From a virus (taxonomy: Duplodnaviria; Caudoviricetes), in IMG/VR virus record IMGVR_UViG_3300002052_000004, positions 1 to 60,562 of that record: DNA of 60,562 nucleotides. One strand, written 5' to 3'. The translations under genes were made by a program, and so were the position numbers. Of this stretch, positions 9,420 through 18,881 are shown in pieces (position 1 is the stretch's first letter; each line of letters opens with the position of its first letter). Under the pieces are notes generated by a model. It worked only from the letters and a program-made list of their open reading frames with translations, searched no databases and was not told the origin of the DNA.

Positions 9420-10543
9420 TGGTCTGGCAAAGTCTCTCGTTGCACACGTCAAAGCGGTGCAGCCTGAGATGCAAATACTGTTTTCTAGATAAGAACCCTG
9501 AGGATGCTGACTGGAGTACACTAAAGGCAACCCTCGATTGGTGGTTCAAAGTTACCGGACAGAAGACTCATGTACACATCTTTGGGACAGAACCATTGAT
9601 TCGGTATGACCTGCTTCAGAATGTGTTTGAGTATGCAGACTTGTTAGCAAAGAGAACTAAGAAAACATTGACTAAGGGTATTACTACGAATGGAGTAGGG
9701 ATGACTAGAAGTGTAGCTAATTGGTTGACTAAGAATAAGGTGTCTTGCTTGTGTAGTATTGATGGCATGAGAGAGCAGCACGACAAATACAGAGTGTTTC
9801 CAAGCGGGAAGGGTAGTTGGGGTATTGTAAGTTCAAACTTTCGACGCTGGGTAAGTATGAACCCAAATGCTGAAGCGGCCATGACTGTAACACCAGATAG
9901 CATCCCGAAGCTTGCAGAGAATGTTGATGCTATCTACAAGTTGGGATTCTGGGCAGTTGCACTAAATAAATGTGTTGATTCGGGACCAACGTACACCAGT
10001 GAGGATTTTAAGGCTTTATCTCTTGCTTTCCGAAGGGTTAATGACTTGATTATCAAGTATGCTAAGAAGAAGGTGAAGAAACACATTATGTTCATCTCTA
10101 ACATGACAATTAAAAGAGCTCAAGGACGAGCAGTGAAGAATATAATGACATCCTGTGGTGCGGCAAAAGGTTCACTTGCTGCAGACATTTATGGAAAGAT
10201 ATACATTTGCCATAGGGGAGTGTTCGATTACGGAACATTCGGGGTGGGCAATGTTTGGGATGGGTTGGATATGCAGAAGATTCAGGAGTGGCGAGCCAGA
10301 AGAAATAGTCATTGTCTGCACTGTAGAATGGTGGAATGTTCTCCATGCTATGTTATCAATTTTATTCGCAACGGAGATGTGATGAAGACTCCATGGGAAT
10401 CATGTGTTTATAACGAGCTAGTACATGAGGCAAGTTATGACTTAGACAGACAGCTTAAGAGAGAGGGTTTGTATAAATGGTATTGTGGTACTCCTCTGAA
10501 ACCTCATCCTGTAATTCAGGTGAGGCAGAGAAATAAACTATAA
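9419..10543 (+). CDS. Radical SAM/SPASM-domain maturase
   Basis: CSLRCKYC (CxxxCxxC), FGTEPL, TTNG, SIDG...HDKYR; C-terminal SPASM-like CGAAKG...DIYGKIYICH...CLHC...CSPC...C. Confidence 0.9.
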   Translation: MVWQSLSLHTSKRCSLRCKYCFLDKNPEDADWSTLKATLDWWFKVTGQKTHVHIFGTEPLIRYDLLQNVFEYADLLAKRTKKTLTKGITTNGVGMTRSVANWLTKNKVSCLCSIDGMREQHDKYRVFPSGKGSWGIVSSNFRRWVSMNPNAEAAMTVTPDSIPKLAENVDAIYKLGFWAVALNKCVDSGPTYTSEDFKALSLAFRRVNDLIIKYAKKKVKKHIMFISNMTIKRAQGRAVKNIMTSCGAAKGSLAADIYGKIYICHRGVFDYGTFGVGNVWDGLDMQKIQEWRARRNSHCLHCRMVECSPCYVINFIRNGDVMKTPWESCVYNELVHEASYDLDRQLKREGLYKWYCGTPLKPHPVIQVRQRNKL

Positions 10544-10555
10544 GGAGGGTGAGAA

Positions 10556-10879
10556 ATGGACATATATCTACTGATGCTGATAGCTGTATGTGCTGGAGCA
10601 GCCGGTCGAACACTCTACCACTATCTGTTCAAAGTGCTAGACAATCCAGGACTGGCCTTTGATAAGAAATACATAGTAACAATGCTTATAGCTGTTCTTA
10701 TGACCATCATGTCGTCACCATTGCTTCTATTGAATGTAACAATTCCTCAAGGGAGCGATGGTTATATTGCAATTGCTACATTCGCCATTGGATGGACTTC
10801 GAACGACGTATTGAATCCACCTGTGTCTTTGGCAGCCAATACAATTACGAAATTGAAGGAGCTCGTGAATAACAAATGA
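10556..10879 (+). CDS. Small membrane protein (holin-like)
   Basis: Two to three hydrophobic helices; end of the late operon. Confidence 0.55.
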   Translation: MDIYLLMLIAVCAGAAGRTLYHYLFKVLDNPGLAFDKKYIVTMLIAVLMTIMSSPLLLLNVTIPQGSDGYIAIATFAIGWTSNDVLNPPVSLAANTITKLKELVNNK

Positions 10880-11334
10880 GTTCACTGACACCACAACAGA
10901 AGATTAACATATTAACCGTTGTGGTTATTGTACTCTTGATTGCTATGATAGGCTTCGCTTATGCTGCAGTTGTACAGACTTTGAGAATCCGGTCCGAAGG
11001 TGAGGTAAAGACCATTGGTGTCGAAGTGTATGCAGATGTTGGCTTGTTGATTCCAGTGAACAATATTAACTGGAGTGTCTTGGAACCTGGCGATGTTAGG
11101 AATTTAACAGTGTATGTAAAGAATGCTGGAAGTGCACCGTCTAATCTGTCTATGTGGACAGACGCTTGGAATCCACCTGTAGCTGAGACGTACATAGCAT
11201 TGACATGGGATTACGATGGAACAATACTAGAACCTGGACAAGTTATACCTGTGGTGCTTACTTTGACTGTCGATACAAATATTACTGGTGTTACCAAGTT
11301 CTCGTTTGACATATGGATATCAGCAGAAGGGTAA
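10876..11334 (+). CDS. Membrane-anchored exported Ig-like protein of a Bathyarchaeia-type family
   Basis: N-terminal TM helix, then GEVKTIGVEVY...INWSVLEPG...VYVKNAG...WNPP...LTWDYDG...FSFDI. Recognised from memory as a Bathyarchaeia paralogous family. Confidence 0.65.
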   Translation: MSSLTPQQKINILTVVVIVLLIAMIGFAYAAVVQTLRIRSEGEVKTIGVEVYADVGLLIPVNNINWSVLEPGDVRNLTVYVKNAGSAPSNLSMWTDAWNPPVAETYIALTWDYDGTILEPGQVIPVVLTLTVDTNITGVTKFSFDIWISAEG

Positions 11335-11340
11335 CACAAC

Positions 11341-11356
11341 CACCCATTTTTTTAAC
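11341..11356 (+). terminator. Oligo-T archaeal terminator after the late operon
   Basis: CACCCATTTTTTTAAC directly after the 11334 stop. Confidence 0.45.
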
Positions 11357-11385
11357 TTAGTCGAAAGAAATAAGGAGGTGAAAAT

Positions 11386-11736
11386 ATGGAAGTTACATTG
11401 CCAGAATCTATTCTGAAGTCGACTGGTCTCATGAGTGAGCTCGTGGATTGGTTGAGTCAGAGAAAACGGCTGGAAATACTGTTGTTCCTGCACAGGCGTG
11501 GCACTGTTAAATGGTCAGATGCTCATAAGGCGATAAATGTAAATGACGGAACGTATCGAAGAGCTTGTCGAGAGTTAGAACGATTAGGCTTAGCCGTTAC
11601 TATACCAATCGACCCAGTAAAAAACAGGTGGAGGCTAACGGACTTCGGATGTCTAATAACTGATGTCCTGCATCGCGCGATACGTGATATAGATGTCCTA
11701 ATCAGGAGTGAGCACAACACCACAGGCAGAGAATGA
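11386..11736 (+). CDS. Winged-helix (ArsR/HxlR-like) DNA-binding protein
   Basis: RLEILLFL...RACRELERLGL...WRLTDFG pattern. Confidence 0.7.
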   Translation: MEVTLPESILKSTGLMSELVDWLSQRKRLEILLFLHRRGTVKWSDAHKAINVNDGTYRRACRELERLGLAVTIPIDPVKNRWRLTDFGCLITDVLHRAIRDIDVLIRSEHNTTGRE

Positions 11737-11832
11737 TTAGCTGTCGGAAAGGCTAGGCAGAAAAGAGTGGAGAGATGCGCACACGGCTCTCATTTCTCCT
11801 CTCTCATTCACCTCTTTCTCCTAGACCCGAAA

Positions 11833-12210
11833 TCAGCTCCTTCTGCCTGCAACGGTGAATACCACTTTCCGTCCGTCCCTCTCTTTTTGTACATACCCCA
11901 TCAATAACAGTTGATTCAGATAACCAGACTCAACTGCTCGCCTTTTTTCAGTATTCTCTGCGATTTCTGATGCAGTGGCCCTACCTCCAAGTTTATTTAA
12001 AGTTACGAATGTTTGGAATAATTGCTTCGGTAAGGCTAAAACTTCCTTAAGTGACAATCCGAATGCTACTCTATCCACTGGAGCAATATTTTGTCGGATA
12101 GATTGCAATAGCCTGCACACGCTGTCATTGCCTTCCTCTGATTCAGCACGAAATCTTTTTATCTCCTCAGTTAATCGGTCAATTGCTTTTACCATACTTT
12201 TATAGCTCAC
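11833..12210 (-). CDS. Winged-helix transcriptional regulator
   Basis: ATASEIAENTEKRRAVESGYLNQLLLMGYVQKERDGRKVVF. Confidence 0.75.
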   Translation of the reverse strand: MSYKSMVKAIDRLTEEIKRFRAESEEGNDSVCRLLQSIRQNIAPVDRVAFGLSLKEVLALPKQLFQTFVTLNKLGGRATASEIAENTEKRRAVESGYLNQLLLMGYVQKERDGRKVVFTVAGRRS

Positions 12211-12221
12211 ACTTTCACCTC

Positions 12222-12701
12222 CTAACTTTCACTGAGTCTTTTCACTCGTTCGATTTGTCTATCAAGCCAATTCGGTGCATCTACGTTCACACCGAGTTCC
12301 TTCAACTTTTCTAATGTCTCTACAATCTCCGTTGGTATCGGTGTCATGTTAAAATCGGCATCCTTTATCTGTCTGTTCAGTGTTCTCATGAGGAACGCAA
12401 CTTCGTTGGAACGTTTCACTTCCCCAACGATTTTCTTCTGTTGAACTATCCGTTGGTTAAAGTGCTCTAAACGCTCCTGCAAGGTTGTTTTCTCAGTGTC
12501 CACATCTTCTAACTGTCTAAGTACCTTCTGTCTTTCCGTGAGAAGTATCTCGAGTCTTATCTCCTCATCACTTACAGTTGGTGAGGACACGGCAGCTTTG
12601 AGAATCCTCTCACACACCTGACTCATATTTATGTTGAGTTCTTTGCAGCGCGCGACAAGGTCTTCATCTAAGTAGAGAGTTGTTGTCTTCTTCCTTCCCA
12701 A
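12222..12701 (-). CDS. Ribbon-helix-helix (CcdA-like) protein with coiled coil
   Basis: KKTTTLYLDEDLVARCKELNINMSQVCERIL N-terminus. Confidence 0.65.
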   Translation of the reverse strand: MGRKKTTTLYLDEDLVARCKELNINMSQVCERILKAAVSSPTVSDEEIRLEILLTERQKVLRQLEDVDTEKTTLQERLEHFNQRIVQQKKIVGEVKRSNEVAFLMRTLNRQIKDADFNMTPIPTEIVETLEKLKELGVNVDAPNWLDRQIERVKRLSES

Positions 12702-12704
12702 ATG

Positions 12705-13253
12705 TCACACCTCCAATCCTTCCACAAATATCATTTCCTCGGGTAGCTGGTCGATTGAAAAAACTGACGTTTCTACCACTCTGAATTCGACCGGCTCAGA
12801 CCAAAGGAATTTTGGACTTCTGCGTAGTCGCTTATGAATTCGCTGGTACTTATCGTAACCAAAGCATTCACCCAGCAGAGGTCTAAAGTCTGTTAAGATG
12901 GGAAACATCTTACATCCATACGGGCGAGCGCCGTATATAGTGCAATGGTTCTTCCATTTCTCCGTGTTTAAGAGAAACGGACACTTATCACCTTTGTACA
13001 ACTTGTAAGTCTTCTCGCCAGCGTCCCCTAAGTACTTATTGATAAAAGAGGCCAAACCTTCGACGGAATCACTATAACCGAGATATTTGCTGACTCTCTT
13101 CAGGTCAAACGGACCCCATTGTGCACCAATCTTACAACACTTTCCACAACGTTGACACTCGAATGGTATGAATATATCTCCGTCGGTGAAATGCATTATA
13201 CATCCTAGGATTAAGCCTTTTTTCCTATAGTCCTTAGACGTCTGAAGTTCCAT
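12705..13253 (-). CDS. YkgJ/FliB-like CxxCxxCC Zn/Fe-S cluster protein
   Basis: FECQRCGKCC...CPFL...CTIYGARPYGCKMFP. Confidence 0.85.
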   Translation of the reverse strand: MELQTSKDYRKKGLILGCIMHFTDGDIFIPFECQRCGKCCKIGAQWGPFDLKRVSKYLGYSDSVEGLASFINKYLGDAGEKTYKLYKGDKCPFLLNTEKWKNHCTIYGARPYGCKMFPILTDFRPLLGECFGYDKYQRIHKRLRRSPKFLWSEPVEFRVVETSVFSIDQLPEEMIFVEGLEV

Positions 13254-13586
13254 TTACATTCTACCTCTTTATCCTCTTATCATCCCACTTCACAGGTCTC
13301 TCACTCTGGAAATCATCACAGAACTTATTCCAGAGATTTATGAGCCGTATATCCAAGTCATGGCAATACTTACTTCTGCCATCACACTTCTTCCCAGTGG
13401 TTGCACATATTCCCATTTACTCACACTCCTCGCAGCGACTTCGCAGCACATTCGTCGGCAAAGCTGCACAAGCCTTCTTACTCGATTCTTCGCACCACTT
13501 ATCGTAGCAGTCCACACGCCATTCACAATTATGGACTTTCTCTGCAGGACATTTCATAAAGTAACCTAAACAAGGCGGTTTCTCAC

Positions 13587-14843
13587 TCATTTTTTCTCCT
13601 CCTTCTTTTTCTTTCCTCGTAGTTCTTCCGATAACACGAGCCCTCCGTCAGCAGTAGGTCTAAGTACCTTCATCCTCACAAGTTCGTCAATGAGCTGTTG
13701 CGATTGTTTCCAGTCCTTACCGAATGAGAGCAATTCATCCTTTAGTTCAAACCTACCCATATATCCTCCGTGCTCTCTCATAACGAGGAGTACTTCTGCA
13801 TACTCGCTCCCTCGACGGATAGTATCTCTATACCGTGCCTCTTCGAGAAGAAGTCTCTCAATAGTCGGGTCGACTGTAACATACAGCTCGTGGTCGAATC
13901 TGCCTCTCATAATTTGATATCCCATTATCTGATGGTCATAGAGTTGCTCTTCCCAGTGAGAGAACTTGTGGTCATCATATAACTTGTATACAGTCGAATC
14001 GAAGTCAACTTTTTCTATACCTTTAACCTTCTCCTTAAGTTGCTTTATCTCCAATCTAATTCTATCCGTCCGAACAGGGTTGAATCGCTTATTCTTCGCA
14101 GCTCTCCGTGCTAGCTTAATCTGCAGCAAGTCTTGTTTTGTCGGGATGAAATAGATGAAAAGAAATCTCCTCGCCATTCCGCGTCGTAAGTCAAATCTTG
14201 CAGGCTGCGTCCCCACCCATAATGTAAGAAACGTTTCGTAACCTATCGGACCAGCTGCAAGGTCTTTATAAACCCACCCGGAGTCAAGTGCACCGAGTAA
14301 TGCCGGGTCAAGTTGCTTACTGTGCTCCTGTTTCAACATCTCAGAGATTGCTGAGAACTCCTCTATTCCGATGATTGAAAAACCGTGGGTTCTACAAATG
14401 CCAGGCTTCTCTACAGTCTTCCCTCCATCGAATCTTGTCGTACCTACGAAGCCAGCTTCTGTCATCGCACCTTTCATCACACCTTCTATGCCCGAATCCT
14501 GTAGAAGTGCTTGCGTCCCTCGGAGATATTGCTCGAGCCAGAAAGTCTTCTCTCCACCTGGCGGAGCGATAAACATCACGTGATTACGTAAGTCAGGCGT
14601 ACGCCTACCGAGGAAATATATATGATTCTTCTTATTGTGCAGGTTAAGCAAGTGCGAACCGATGGAGCAATTGTAAAACGGCGGGAAGCGGTCAACATGA
14701 CAGCATCCAGCATCTTTGAGCTCTGCAAGTATCATCTCATATACATCTGTCATATTGGTACCTCTCCTTTCGGTAGTTGTAAACAAATCTCCCCGTTGAT
14801 TAATCTGATAACCGGATGTTTCCCGAGGGATAACAATCGCCAA
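13587..14843 (-). CDS. MCM-like AAA+ ATPase/helicase (likely start 14753)
   Basis: Walker A-like APPGGEKT, MTEAGFVG, Walker B IGIEEF, Arg-finger-like ARRF, C-terminal winged helix. Confidence 0.6.
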   Translation of the reverse strand: MAIVIPRETSGYQINQRGDLFTTTERRGTNMTDVYEMILAELKDAGCCHVDRFPPFYNCSIGSHLLNLHNKKNHIYFLGRRTPDLRNHVMFIAPPGGEKTFWLEQYLRGTQALLQDSGIEGVMKGAMTEAGFVGTTRFDGGKTVEKPGICRTHGFSIIGIEEFSAISEMLKQEHSKQLDPALLGALDSGWVYKDLAAGPIGYETFLTLWVGTQPARFDLRRGMARRFLFIYFIPTKQDLLQIKLARRAAKNKRFNPVRTDRIRLEIKQLKEKVKGIEKVDFDSTVYKLYDDHKFSHWEEQLYDHQIMGYQIMRGRFDHELYVTVDPTIERLLLEEARYRDTIRRGSEYAEVLLVMREHGGYMGRFELKDELLSFGKDWKQSQQLIDELVRMKVLRPTADGGLVLSEELRGKKKKEEKK

Positions 14844-14889
14844 TAAGTGTCCATAAGAGAGAGCCAGTACTGTGGAATGATTAAAGTTG

Positions 14890-15642
14890 TCATATGTTCG
14901 CTAGCCCCTTCATCTTCATGAATGTCTTCTCCCCGATACCTTCCATGACTAGGACTTGTGATGGATTATACTTTATCGCGTGCAGCACTCCAAACAGCCC
15001 GCCGAATTTCTTAACCAATCTTATCGCTAACTTAGGTGAGATATCCAGAGCTCTCGCCACAACAGCAACTGACCGAACTCGACTGTACTCTTTAAGTTTC
15101 TTCCTCTTTGGCATCAGCAATTTCCCCTCTTCGACCTTCTCCGCCACCTTTATAATTTCTTCGAGCCATTCTTCCGCAGGTTGCTCGGTCCAAATTAAAT
15201 TCATATCATACCTGACTACAGTCGCACCAATTGCGCCGTAAATCGAATTCCTATTGAGCGTCTGTTTGCGCTTAGCGAACTGCTCCTCCACGGTCACAAT
15301 CTTACCTGTGACCAAGAGGAATCCAATACGCTTATACGCAGAACACTGTGCATACATTCTGTTAAGTTGTTTGAATAACCTCGGAGTTTCTCCGCGTCTC
15401 GCGAATATAGAGTTAACCAAGTCGCCGACATCTTTTCTCTCAAAGACACACATCGGTGATGCAAAGTCTCCAACAGTCAGTGCCATCTGCTTAAATCCTC
15501 TCTTTATCGCAAGCTTCCGAATATCTAATGGCTCGCGTGAATCAACAAACATCTTCAGCATATTTCCACCTCCAGCTAATACTGTACCCACATCGACCAC
15601 AGTGAGCTCCTCCAGTTGTGCAGTATAGTTCTCGTGAACCAC
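14890..15642 (-). CDS. ERCC4/XPF-type nuclease with HhH domain (likely start 15561)
   Basis: VDSRE...VGDF...FERK motifs; C-terminal MEGIGEK helix-hairpin-helix. Confidence 0.85.
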   Translation of the reverse strand: MVHENYTAQLEELTVVDVGTVLAGGGNMLKMFVDSREPLDIRKLAIKRGFKQMALTVGDFASPMCVFERKDVGDLVNSIFARRGETPRLFKQLNRMYAQCSAYKRIGFLLVTGKIVTVEEQFAKRKQTLNRNSIYGAIGATVVRYDMNLIWTEQPAEEWLEEIIKVAEKVEEGKLLMPKRKKLKEYSRVRSVAVVARALDISPKLAIRLVKKFGGLFGVLHAIKYNPSQVLVMEGIGEKTFMKMKGLANI

Positions 15643-15660
15643 ATCTGGGACAATATTCCA

Positions 15661-15924
15661 TTATTCTTTCTTCCTCCTTCTTCTCCAACTATCCGTGTGA
15701 CTATGATGGTCTTCGCACCTTAACTCCTTCCCCTTCGGATTAAAGTACTCCTTACTATTCGGTCTACTTCTCTTCCCGTATGGGACTATGTGGTGGATTT
15801 GAATATTCGCCGTGCCACCACACACGACACATTTTCCGCCTAGTAAAAAAATGAGGCGATTACGCATCCGTCGATATCGTTGCTTGTCATACTCCCGTTT
15901 TCTCTGCTTGTCCTTGTACGGCAT
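15661..15924 (-). CDS. HNH endonuclease
   Basis: GGKCVVCG...QIHHI...LRCEDHH. Confidence 0.75.
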   Translation of the reverse strand: MPYKDKQRKREYDKQRYRRMRNRLIFLLGGKCVVCGGTANIQIHHIVPYGKRSRPNSKEYFNPKGKELRCEDHHSHTDSWRRRRKKE

Positions 15925-16046
15925 GGTTTAATGGCTTCCCACAGAACGGACAGATTGTAACACCACCGGCTGTTGCTGGTGATTTCACTAACCACGGTGG
16001 AACCGGTGAGTAACAATGTGGACATCTCACGTACTTCTTCGGAGCT

Positions 16047-16709
16047 TCACTTGACAGGGTCAACAACTCCTGCGGCATCGAACCCTTTCTTTCTCTGTAC
16101 ACAGGCATTACACTTCCCACAGGGATGTTCTTTGCCTTCATAGCACGACCAAGTCTTCTCCCATGGAGTTCCCAGAGCTTCTCCTCGCAGGACTATCTCA
16201 CACTTCGTATCATCTATCAGTGGTACAACAACATGTGGTTTATCTCTTGAGCCGTATCGTAACATTACATTAATTGCATTAACATACGTAGGTCTTGTAT
16301 CTGGGTATCCTCCACTGTCAATCCAATTGAAGCCTGTGTAGATTTCCTTTGCTCCAACGACTTCCGCTACTGCCGCGCATAGTGCGAGGAAGATTGTATT
16401 CCTCATCGGTACGTATGTAAGTGCGCTGCCAGTCTTCTCCCAGACATCTTCATCCTCCTCATGTTCAGGCACATCAATGGTCTCGTTCGTTAACGCGGAA
16501 CCACCAATTTGTCTAAGGTCAATCTTTATCACCTTATACAGTACATTATAGTGCTTTGCGAGTTTCGCTGCCGCATTCATCTCTTTCTCGTGTCTCTGTC
16601 CGTAGTCAAAGGTTACTGCGAGAACATTCACTGCGTCGTGATGTCTCACTGCTAATCCAAGTGCGACTGCACTGTCCATTCCACCACTAAGCATTACTAT
16701 TGCTTTCAA
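16047..16709 (-). CDS. queC: 7-cyano-7-deazaguanine synthase
   Basis: SGGMDS, FDYGQRH, TYVPMRN, YPD, TWSCY...CGKCNAC. Confidence 0.95.
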   Translation of the reverse strand: MKAIVMLSGGMDSAVALGLAVRHHDAVNVLAVTFDYGQRHEKEMNAAAKLAKHYNVLYKVIKIDLRQIGGSALTNETIDVPEHEEDEDVWEKTGSALTYVPMRNTIFLALCAAVAEVVGAKEIYTGFNWIDSGGYPDTRPTYVNAINVMLRYGSRDKPHVVVPLIDDTKCEIVLRGEALGTPWEKTWSCYEGKEHPCGKCNACVQRKKGFDAAGVVDPVK

Positions 16710-17008
16710 GACTTTTCACCTCCCTTTACGCTTTTCTTTTCTGTTTCCTTCGTTTCCTCGGTTTTCGGAGGCTCTACAACTTTAGGTACCGGTGTAGGTT
16801 TAAGGAATGCTAGTAGCTCCTCCGAAAGTTCCTTCTCCAGTTTCTTCACTGTCGCAGTTATCTTCCTTTCCTTTGCTTTCCCGTCAAGTCCAGTCGTGTT
16901 TACGGATTCGAACTTCTCTGCTGGAAGACTAACTGTCACTCGTGTTGTATTTGCCGCCGTAATTACTTTCTTTACTTCATATTGCATATTCTCACCTCCT
17001 TGTTCCAT
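16706..17008 (-). CDS. Hypothetical protein
   Basis: ORF within the que cluster; RBS GGAGGTGA before an internal Met. Confidence 0.55.
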   Translation of the reverse strand: MEQGGENMQYEVKKVITAANTTRVTVSLPAEKFESVNTTGLDGKAKERKITATVKKLEKELSEELLAFLKPTPVPKVVEPPKTEETKETEKKSVKGGEKS

Positions 17009-17576
17009 ATATCAACTTTAGTGCCTCGTTTCTCGGTGGTTCAAAGTTGAGAAAGACCCCCCGTACTGCGTTTGTCACGGTGTACGCATTCGTATGTGCT
17101 GGCATACCGTAATCAAACTTTCCTCCGACTAACATGCAGGTATGCGTCCCTTCGATAACTACCATGCATCCAAGTGGTTCGAGACATTCATCGATTACAT
17201 CTGCCAACTCCGTATTCATTCCCTCCTGTATCTGTGGTCGCTTAGATATCGCTCGAACAGCACTAACGAACTTTGAAAGTCCGACAATCTTCTTGTGCGG
17301 AATGTACGCGATGTGTACTTTACCAAAGAACGGCCAGAGATGATGACAACACATAGAGACGAACTCTATATCCTTCACGATTACCATCTCACCGTGTTCG
17401 ACAGACAATGGTCGCTCAAAGAACTTCCTAATATCGATGCCAACTCCTGCTGTCATGTCCTTATACAGGTCAACAATCCTCCTCGGTGTCTCCTCCAACT
17501 CGTCAGTGAGCTCTATGCCACAACATAGCAGTAGGTCTCTCGCTTTACGTTCCTTTTCTTTCTGTGTATGCTCCAA
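16992..17576 (-). CDS. folE: GTP cyclohydrolase I
   Basis: ETPRR, SMCCHHLWPFFG, GLSKF, PQIQE, HTCM. Confidence 0.95.
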   Translation of the reverse strand: MEHTQKEKERKARDLLLCCGIELTDELEETPRRIVDLYKDMTAGVGIDIRKFFERPLSVEHGEMVIVKDIEFVSMCCHHLWPFFGKVHIAYIPHKKIVGLSKFVSAVRAISKRPQIQEGMNTELADVIDECLEPLGCMVVIEGTHTCMLVGGKFDYGMPAHTNAYTVTNAVRGVFLNFEPPRNEALKLIYGTRR

Positions 17577-17769
17577 CTATTTCACCTCCAATAACTACCC
17601 TCGTAATGGTATTTGTGTACGGTTGCAAGACCATACAGAATCGAACTCCACTTTGCAATCGTTACATTTAGCCTCGACAACTAGTTCACCCATCTCTATG
17701 TCAAATCTCACTTCATGCAAATGCAGTTCAACATCTTCGGACCTGCATCTGGGACAAATAACCATTTAA

Positions 17770-18462
17770 TCACCTCCCTCTCGCTCCGTGCCATAATAGC
17801 TTGTGTAACTGAGGAAGTATGCGAATATTCCGTCCGTTCTCCTGCACCCAGCTGATAATCTTCTTCATCAGTTCGAGGTCATTATCGACAGGCTGAATAC
17901 ATACCTGTTCGAAGTTATACTTATAATCAAGTCGTTTCACTACTGTAAAGTCTGTTTCGTTAGCTACGACGAACTTAAACTCTGCGATACCTGTAGCTCT
18001 GAATTCCTTTATTATAGCAGTGCTGAACGTTTCGCCGGATGAGGGTAACTTCGGGGAAACTACCCAGTGAGTCGGCGACCATTCCTTCGATGGACTCTTC
18101 GTACAGTTCGTCTCAATATGTACTTTCATGTAGAAGAGCCGCTCCATTAATTCAGTTAAATTTTGAACAAGTGGCTCTCCGCCTGTAATGACCACCATCG
18201 GTTGCTCTAGTCTCAACACCTCTCTCGCGATGAACTCCTCAGATAGTTCTAAATGGTCACCTCTATATGCATACTTCGTGTCACACCATTTGCAACGCAA
18301 ATTACATCCATAGAGTCTTATAAACGTACACGGTGTACCTATGTAGAACCCTTCACCCTGTATAGACTTGAATATCCCACCTCTCACGATTTTAAGCAAT
18401 CCCATACCTCCTCGAATAATAACCTGAGTACCTTCCACCAAGACGGCGTACGAAATGTCCAA
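17770..18462 (-). CDS. queE: 7-carboxy-7-deazaguanine synthase (radical SAM); likely start 18405
   Basis: SIQGEG, FIRLYGCNLRCKWCDT, ITGGEP, IETN, SPK, PQLHK. Confidence 0.95.
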   Translation of the reverse strand: MDISYAVLVEGTQVIIRGGMGLLKIVRGGIFKSIQGEGFYIGTPCTFIRLYGCNLRCKWCDTKYAYRGDHLELSEEFIAREVLRLEQPMVVITGGEPLVQNLTELMERLFYMKVHIETNCTKSPSKEWSPTHWVVSPKLPSSGETFSTAIIKEFRATGIAEFKFVVANETDFTVVKRLDYKYNFEQVCIQPVDNDLELMKKIISWVQENGRNIRILPQLHKLLWHGARGR

Positions 18463-18596
18463 GAAAGTGTCACAGGCTTGTCAACGAAGTCCAACTTAAT
18501 TCGAACATTCTCTGGGGTTAACACTATATGGTCAGGTAATGGCATTCTACTTAGCTGTCGCTTTAACGCCCAATAGAACACCCTATCCTTTATCAT
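18384..18596 (-). CDS. Hypothetical protein
   Basis: ORF in the - strand operon. Confidence 0.4.
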   Translation of the reverse strand: MIKDRVFYWALKRQLSRMPLPDHIVLTPENVRIKLDFVDKPVTLSWTFRTPSWWKVLRLLFEEVWDCLKS

Positions 18597-18881
18597 CTTC
18601 TTTCTCTCCTGTTAACCTGCCTTAATCAAGAATAGCAACACGCATATCGTTGCAATAACAGTACACAAGATATAAAGAACCCCATAATCTCCACAGTCGG
18701 ATATCTCTATAAGAGCGTCTAAATCAGGTTTGTGTTTGTCGTTTTCTTTTTGTTTCTTCATCTTTATTTCGTCCTTCCGTATTTCGCTCTAACTTTTCAA
18801 TCACCCAGTCGGTACTATCCACGATGAACTTCACGAATCTCCGTACGGCCCATTTGAGCACCTTCCGGATGAGTTTCCACA

